From NCBI GenBank assembly GCA_036825155.1, contig DAISYU010000001.1:17770-81769 (forward strand): 64,000 nucleotides of DNA, written 5' to 3'. The translations under genes were made by a program, and so were the position numbers. Source of the stretch: Thermodesulfobacteriota bacterium (GTDB lineage: Bacteria; Desulfobacterota; Desulfomonilia; UBA1062). How positions within the stretch are numbered: the stretch's first letter is position 1; each line of letters begins with the position of its first letter. This document shows positions 59,156 to 64,000 of this stretch, piece by piece. Below the pieces are notes generated by a model. The model saw only the letters and a list, made by a program, of their open reading frames with translations, had not been told where the DNA came from and did no database searches.

Positions 59156-60862
59156 TCAACTAAAAGCAGCTTTCAGCATCTCTCCGATGAGGAGAGCGTT
59201 TTGTTCCGGCAGCTGGATCGAACCGTTGGGACAGACCGAAACGCAGCTCCCGCAACCGGTACAGCGCATCTGACTGACTGTGCTCTTGTATGCTCCCTGA
59301 TCCGCCTCCAGGCTGCAGGCATCATAGGGGCAGATGGCCACGCAGTTTCCGCACCCGGTACATGCCTGCCGGTCCACCAGGGCCAGGGAAAATTTACGTT
59401 CCTTAAACTGGCTGATTTGTGTGGCCGTGAGCTGATCAGTGTTCAGCAGGGCAAAGGCCTTCATTGCGGCCGCTTCACCCTGCAGGATCGCTGTGCGGGC
59501 CAGCACCGGCCACCTGGCGGACCCGCAGACCAGCACACCGTCTTTGGTAGTCTCCAGGGGATGCATCAGAGAGCGCACCTCGTAGAAACCATGTATATCA
59601 CGATTGAGGTCGAACAGTTCAGCCACTCTGGCGGCATCGTCATGCGGGATCAGCGGAGAGCTGAGCACCACCAGTTCGGCATCAATTCGCCGTTCTCTGC
59701 CGGTGATGACATCATAAACCCTGATTTCCTCCACCTGTTCGGCGCCGAGGATCCCCGGGGGTGTGTCCTGATCGTACCGGACGAACCGGACGCCCGCCTC
59801 CATTGCCTTGCGGTAATAGTCCTCCAGAACACTGCCGGGGCACATGATATCCCGGTGGAGTATCGTCACCTCAGCATCCGGGTTTTCCTCCAGGAGCTGT
59901 ATTGCCTGCTTCAGGGACACCGGGCAGCAGATAGCCGAACAGTACGGTCTGTCGGCATCACGTACGCCCACGCACTGGATGAAGACAGCGGAGGTGACCT
60001 TCATGCCGGGGCCCTTGAAACTCCGTTCGAGCTCGATGCCGGTGATAACCCCCTTGAGCTCCTTGTACCGGTATAACGATCCCGGCAGGTTGACCCGTGC
60101 ACCGGTTGCTATGATGACCGCCCCGACATTGATGCTCTTGACATCACTACCGGATGTGAACTCGACGGTGAAATCGCCTGCAGACCCTCGCACAGCGGAA
60201 ATTCGACTGCCGGGATAGTAGCGAACCAGGGGGGAGTTGCCCACTGTGTACAGGAAAGCCTCCACATGTTGTGGGGTTCCGTCGGTTTCAGGGGCAATCT
60301 TCTTGATCAGGTTCAGCAGGCCACCCGGGGTCTTGGCCCGGTCCAGGAGGTGTACCGTAATCCCCAGCTTCACCAGGGAAGCGGCAGCGGAGATCCCTGC
60401 AGGTCCTGCCCCGATAACGAGCACTTCCTGCTTCGGTTCGATCGTCAGATCTTCAGAATAGTTACGCTGCACCAGTGCGGCGATACCCATATTTATGAGA
60501 TCACCGGCTTTTTTTGTGGCTGAGGCGGGGTCATCACGGTGTATCCAGGCACATCCCTCGCGGAGATCCACCAGTTCTATATGTTTCGGATCAATGCCTC
60601 TTTTCTGAAGCCCGGTGATTATCGCATCACCCCTGGCCAGGAAGGAACAGGCCCCCAGCAGAACCCTGGATTCCGGTGAAAGGGGGATGCGCTTGGCCAG
60701 CTCATCGATATTCTCTTCAAGACAGAGAGACTTTACCTTTTCACACGATACGATCCGGGGATGATGCTCGAGTCCCTTGCGGATTGATTCAAGATCGACA
60801 ACATCGGAGATCTCACCGTAACACTCGCAGAGAAAGCACCTGGTTTGTTTGTTGTCTTCCAC
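59156..60862 (-). CDS. HdrA-like FAD/Fe-S flavoprotein (QmoB-like architecture without fused MvhD)
   Basis: N-terminal HdrA domain (CFLCEC, GACS, LREGCAWIH), GAGPAG, FIQCVG...CSAICC, two C-terminal clusters; GTG start overlaps the upstream TAG. Confidence 0.9.
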   Translation of the reverse strand: MEDNKQTRCFLCECYGEISDVVDLESIRKGLEHHPRIVSCEKVKSLCLEENIDELAKRIPLSPESRVLLGACSFLARGDAIITGLQKRGIDPKHIELVDLREGCAWIHRDDPASATKKAGDLINMGIAALVQRNYSEDLTIEPKQEVLVIGAGPAGISAAASLVKLGITVHLLDRAKTPGGLLNLIKKIAPETDGTPQHVEAFLYTVGNSPLVRYYPGSRISAVRGSAGDFTVEFTSGSDVKSINVGAVIIATGARVNLPGSLYRYKELKGVITGIELERSFKGPGMKVTSAVFIQCVGVRDADRPYCSAICCPVSLKQAIQLLEENPDAEVTILHRDIMCPGSVLEDYYRKAMEAGVRFVRYDQDTPPGILGAEQVEEIRVYDVITGRERRIDAELVVLSSPLIPHDDAARVAELFDLNRDIHGFYEVRSLMHPLETTKDGVLVCGSARWPVLARTAILQGEAAAMKAFALLNTDQLTATQISQFKERKFSLALVDRQACTGCGNCVAICPYDACSLEADQGAYKSTVSQMRCTGCGSCVSVCPNGSIQLPEQNALLIGEMLKAAFS

Positions 60863-62085
60863 TATTGTTCCTCCCCCACATGCACCCGAAGCGCAGCCGA
60901 TGATGCCTGGACAACAGATGCCTCGACATCCATTGGTTCACGGCAGAATCCGCAGGACTTTATAGTTGGACTGATACCGCTGAGCAGCCCCTCGGTATCG
61001 AGTATGGGACTGTACCCGGAGTCCTTTGATTTTGCCAGGGACGGCTGCAGTGCCCCGTTGAGCACCACCATGTCGAACTTCCTGATCTGCCGTGACTGGG
61101 TTATGGTATTCTCATATTTTACGGCGATCCCGTCTTCGTCAGGCATGGGATAAATAAGTCCCGGTCTTCCCCTGAGGAGCTCAATGGACGAACCGCCTAT
61201 CTCCCTTAGATAGTACTCATAGTAGTGTCTGCCCTCGGCACGCATGTCAGTGAAGAAGATGACGCATTGCACCTGCGGATTGCGCCGCTTTACCCACTGG
61301 GCCTGTTTGAGGGCATGCATGCAGCAGACCGCCGAACAGTAGGGAAAGAGTCTCAGGTCCCTGGCTCCGGCGCATTGGATGAATGCGATGCTTGCAGGCT
61401 GCTTGTTGTCTTGCTTTTTAACAACGGTTCCCCGGTTGAGGCCGGACTCGGCAGTCCATTCTTCGAACTGCAGGGAACTCATGATATCGGGATGGGTCCC
61501 GTAGCCGTATTCCTCGAGGGGTGAGATGTCGTAGTCCTGAAATCCGGTGGCCCAGATCACGTCCCGGGCAAGGATCTCGCTTGAAGCGGCTTTTCTGTTA
61601 ATATCAATGGCGGAGGTGGGACATACATCCACACACTTACCACAGAGGGTACATTTTTCTCTATAAATATAGTATGATGGCGGGTATGCATGTGCACCCA
61701 GGGTGCTGATGGCATCGACGCCGCATGCGGGCACACACCTTCCACATGAGATACACCGGTTCTCGTCGATATACCGGGGGTGTTCATCCACGACCACCTT
61801 CAAGGCCCCGTCGGTCTTGGTGATGGTGTTGATCTCGGCGCAGGTATGTACGGTGATCAGAGGGTTCAGCATACAGTTGCGTACTTCGGTCCAGAGAGGA
61901 CAGAAGGCACAGTGATCCGTGGGATAGAGCTTGTCAAGGGCTGATACCTGTCCACCCAGGGCAGGGCCTTTCTCCACCAGATGCACGGCGGTCCCTGCTC
62001 TTGCCAGATCAAGGGATGCCGTGATCCCGGCGACTCCACCGCCGATGACAATGACTGGTTTCATGTGAGGGGGCTTGGCAGACAT
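60862..62085 (-). CDS. HdrA-like FAD/Fe-S flavoprotein (short form with inserted ferredoxin domain)
   Basis: GGGVAG, LDKLYPTDHCAFCP, two inserted CxxCxxCxxxC, FIQCAG...CSAVCC; 407 aa. Confidence 0.9.
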   Translation of the reverse strand: MSAKPPHMKPVIVIGGGVAGITASLDLARAGTAVHLVEKGPALGGQVSALDKLYPTDHCAFCPLWTEVRNCMLNPLITVHTCAEINTITKTDGALKVVVDEHPRYIDENRCISCGRCVPACGVDAISTLGAHAYPPSYYIYREKCTLCGKCVDVCPTSAIDINRKAASSEILARDVIWATGFQDYDISPLEEYGYGTHPDIMSSLQFEEWTAESGLNRGTVVKKQDNKQPASIAFIQCAGARDLRLFPYCSAVCCMHALKQAQWVKRRNPQVQCVIFFTDMRAEGRHYYEYYLREIGGSSIELLRGRPGLIYPMPDEDGIAVKYENTITQSRQIRKFDMVVLNGALQPSLAKSKDSGYSPILDTEGLLSGISPTIKSCGFCREPMDVEASVVQASSAALRVHVGEEQ

Positions 62086-62096
62086 GGGTGCTCCTC

Positions 62097-62786
62097 TTAC
62101 TTATTGATCAGGCCATAGTGACTGGCCAGCTTCCTGATCCTGCTTCCCAGCCACTCCCCGAAACTCGGCGGCGGGAAATCATAGGGGCCGACATTATCCT
62201 CTTGTTTAAGAGCAAGGATCTTTTCGGAAGGTTGAAAGCGTTTGACCTTGTCGTAATATACCACGATCGATTTTGGATCGGTGGGGCAGCGGGTAAAACA
62301 TGCGCCGCAGCCGATGCACTTGTCCTCGATGACTACGGGATTCTTCCGGTCCTCCAGTTCAATAGCGTCATACTTGCATGCCTTGTAGCAGTTACGGCAA
62401 CGACGCTTGTTGGTCCAGGCGAGACAGGTGTCCCGGTTGATGACCGCGTTGCCGATGTCAAGGTCCTCTTTGGCAACCTTCTTGATCGCACCGGTGGGGC
62501 AGGTCCTGATGCATTCCATGCACAGGATGCACTTGCGCCAGTCCAGTACAGGGGTGCCGAGATTGGGGATGCCGTCAAAGATCGAGGCCGGAGACAGAGC
62601 GTCTGCAGGGCAGACGTCAATGCAGCGGTAGCAGCGGGTACAGTGTTTGAGGAACTCCGCTTCCACGAGTGAAGCAGGAGGCCGGGGCAGCGCCTTTGCC
62701 CCGCTGACCTTGAACACGGTAAAGACCGCACCAGAGGCCACGCCACTGATCAGAATTTTCATAAAGTTCCTGCGCGAGTTCTCCAT
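62097..62786 (-). CDS. NapG/MauM-like ferredoxin with twin-arginine signal
   Basis: SRRNFMK, LPRPPAS...EFLKHCTRCYRC, four Cys clusters. Confidence 0.85.
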   Translation of the reverse strand: MENSRRNFMKILISGVASGAVFTVFKVSGAKALPRPPASLVEAEFLKHCTRCYRCIDVCPADALSPASIFDGIPNLGTPVLDWRKCILCMECIRTCPTGAIKKVAKEDLDIGNAVINRDTCLAWTNKRRCRNCYKACKYDAIELEDRKNPVVIEDKCIGCGACFTRCPTDPKSIVVYYDKVKRFQPSEKILALKQEDNVGPYDFPPPSFGEWLGSRIRKLASHYGLINK

Positions 62787-62831
62787 CGTGGTTCTCCAGG
62801 TTCACTTCCAGAGTATGCAGTTCTACATAGG

Positions 62832-62860
62832 AATATAATTGGTTAGTTGCATTCAGTAAA
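62832..62860 (-). promoter_or_regulatory. Candidate internal sigma70 promoter for the napG-like to thiF block
   Basis: On the - strand TTTACT-17 nt-TATATT, about 45 nt upstream of ATG 62786. Confidence 0.45.
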
Positions 62861-62886
62861 GAGGGGGCTTGAAAAAAGCCCCCTCT
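62860..62886 (-). terminator. Hairpin after the AOR gene
   Basis: AGAGGGGGCTT-gaaaa-AAGCCCCCTCT (11-bp stem) 15 nt after the AOR stop, with a short U-tract. Confidence 0.65.
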
Positions 62887-62900
62887 GATATCAGCCGTTG

Positions 62901-64000
62901 TTAGGCCTTTCTTGCTGCCTGCATATCTTTGATTGTGTAATCCAGACCGAGATTCTTGAGGGTATCGTCGGTTGGAATACCATTGTCATCCCAGCCGAAG
63001 TAGTCGAAGACATCTTTCTGCATCTTCTTGACTTCCTCTTCCGGGAAAACAGCATCCTTCTTCGGGCCCTCTGGAAGTTTCTCGTTCTTGAGCCGCCAGG
63101 GCAGTGTATCGTCCTTGGCACGGACGCCTTCACGCACCTGGAAGCAGCGCTCCAGCGTCATGATGCGTTTGGACGTGGTCCAGTACTCTTCGTCGGTCAT
63201 GTTCCAGCCGCACAGCGGGTTGAGCATTGCGATGAAGACCCCTGGTGTTTCCTTGCCCCACGGGTAGCCACCCACGAATGAGCACATGGTGAGCGAGTTG
63301 ATCATGGTCCAGCGTGCCAGTGTTTCCGCGGAGGTTCCCTCATGGTGGTCGCCGCCGCAGGTACCCAGGGCATAGCTGAATGCACGTGCCTTGTCACCAC
63401 GAGGATCGTGCGCTGCGACTTCCTTGCCTTTGACATGCACGGCCCACTTATAGGAATCCTTGCCGATCTCCTCGGACATCTTCTTGACGCCCTTGGCCAG
63501 CAGTTTTCCTGCACCTTCCTGATAAGCGATCTTCCTGATCATCTCGACAGAGGCATCGCCATTGCCGAACTCCAGGTTGATGCCGTCCAGGTCCTTGGGT
63601 GTCAGAACGCCGCGCTGGACACACTCCATGGCGAAGGCCAGACAGCCGCCGGTGGAGATGGAGTCGAGCCCCAGGGCATCGGTCAGCTCGATGCAGGCCA
63701 TCATGTCGTCAAAGTTGGAGAATCCGAGGTTGGAACCCAGCAGTCCGCCGGTTTCATATTCAGGCCCCTCAGCGATCAGGCCGTCATATTTACCGCCGCG
63801 GATGACACCGGTTTTCATGCAGTGTACCGGGCAGTGGTTACAGGCGGTATGCTTTTTCCAGAATTTCCTGTTGGCCTCTTCTGCGCCGAGTTCAATGATG
63901 TCCGGCCACCAGGTGGTCTGGAAGTTCTTGGTGATGAGAGAACCGGTGCCGTAATGCTTAAGCTCCAGCAGTCCACCGGTACCCCAGCGCTTGATGCCCT
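62901..64000 (-). CDS. aor: Tungsten aldehyde:ferredoxin oxidoreductase (AOR family), 5'-truncated by the window edge
   Basis: Frame open to the window end (GIKRWGTG...); TACNHCPVHC, GPEYET, GLDSIS, HDPR, GGDH, LTMC, YFGWDDNGIP. Confidence 0.92.
   Translation of the reverse strand, partial: GIKRWGTGGLLELKHYGTGSLITKNFQTTWWPDIIELGAEEANRKFWKKHTACNHCPVHCMKTGVIRGGKYDGLIAEGPEYETGGLLGSNLGFSNFDDMMACIELTDALGLDSISTGGCLAFAMECVQRGVLTPKDLDGINLEFGNGDASVEMIRKIAYQEGAGKLLAKGVKKMSEEIGKDSYKWAVHVKGKEVAAHDPRGDKARAFSYALGTCGGDHHEGTSAETLARWTMINSLTMCSFVGGYPWGKETPGVFIAMLNPLCGWNMTDEEYWTTSKRIMTLERCFQVREGVRAKDDTLPWRLKNEKLPEGPKKDAVFPEEEVKKMQKDVFDYFGWDDNGIPTDDTLKNLGLDYTIKDMQAARKA

Noticed and set aside
5054-61153. Long antisense or shadow ORFs (e.g. 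5054..6043, 6718..7779, 10475..11254, 38446..39306, 43020..43952, 46948..47862, 59201..60076)
   Set aside because: They overlap well-supported genes on the opposite strand, lack motifs, and are expected from codon bias at this GC content.
55783-62085. Selenocysteine recoding in FdhA, MvhD or HdrA
   Set aside because: All expected ligand positions are Cys codons in open frames; no in-frame TGA needs read-through.
62901-64000. Calling the AOR a benzoyl-CoA reductase BamB
   Set aside because: Only the C-terminal part is visible, its motifs are generic AOR-family, and no aromatic-degradation genes are in the window.
1-64000. CRISPR arrays, IS elements, prophage, rRNA or tRNA
   Set aside because: No regularly spaced repeats, transposase/integrase motifs or RNA gene signatures were seen by eye; dedicated scanners were not run.

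Overview
A 64-kb chromosomal stretch that looks like an anaerobic deltaproteobacterium (Desulfobacterota/Syntrophales-like). The lineage is inferred from gene content and style, not from a marker gene. I found no rRNA, tRNA, CRISPR array, transposase or prophage gene. The left two-thirds is a mosaic of fatty-acid/CoA metabolism genes (acyl-CoA dehydrogenase, MaoC-like dehydratase, acyl-CoA ligase, enoyl-CoA hydratase, 3-hydroxyacyl-CoA dehydrogenase, a FadL-type channel, SDRs, two family-I CoA transferases), housekeeping and stress genes (DEAD helicase, typA, cold-shock protein, hcp, GAF-PtsP), a WtpABC-type tungstate transporter and regulators. The right third holds two notable loci. (i) A + strand cluster: SDR, a non-acylating ALDH::Fe-ADH fusion, a two-subunit CoA transferase and a Fe-S protein (43.0-50.0 kb). 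(ii) A tightly coupled - strand redox locus (50.0-64.0 kb): AOR-family oxidoreductase (truncated by the window edge), Tat-type NapG-like ferredoxin, two HdrA-like flavoproteins, MvhD, FdhB-like, Cys-type FdhA, HdrC-like (no HdrB), a 4-cluster ferredoxin::NapH-like membrane fusion, a degenerate AOR paralogue, an unknown membrane protein and a tandem pair of ThiF/E1-like proteins, one intact and one degenerate. This second locus is the best candidate for an undescribed system: a membrane-wired, flavin-bifurcating/confurcating AOR-Hdr-Fdh complex. All family assignments come from motif recognition; no database searches were run.
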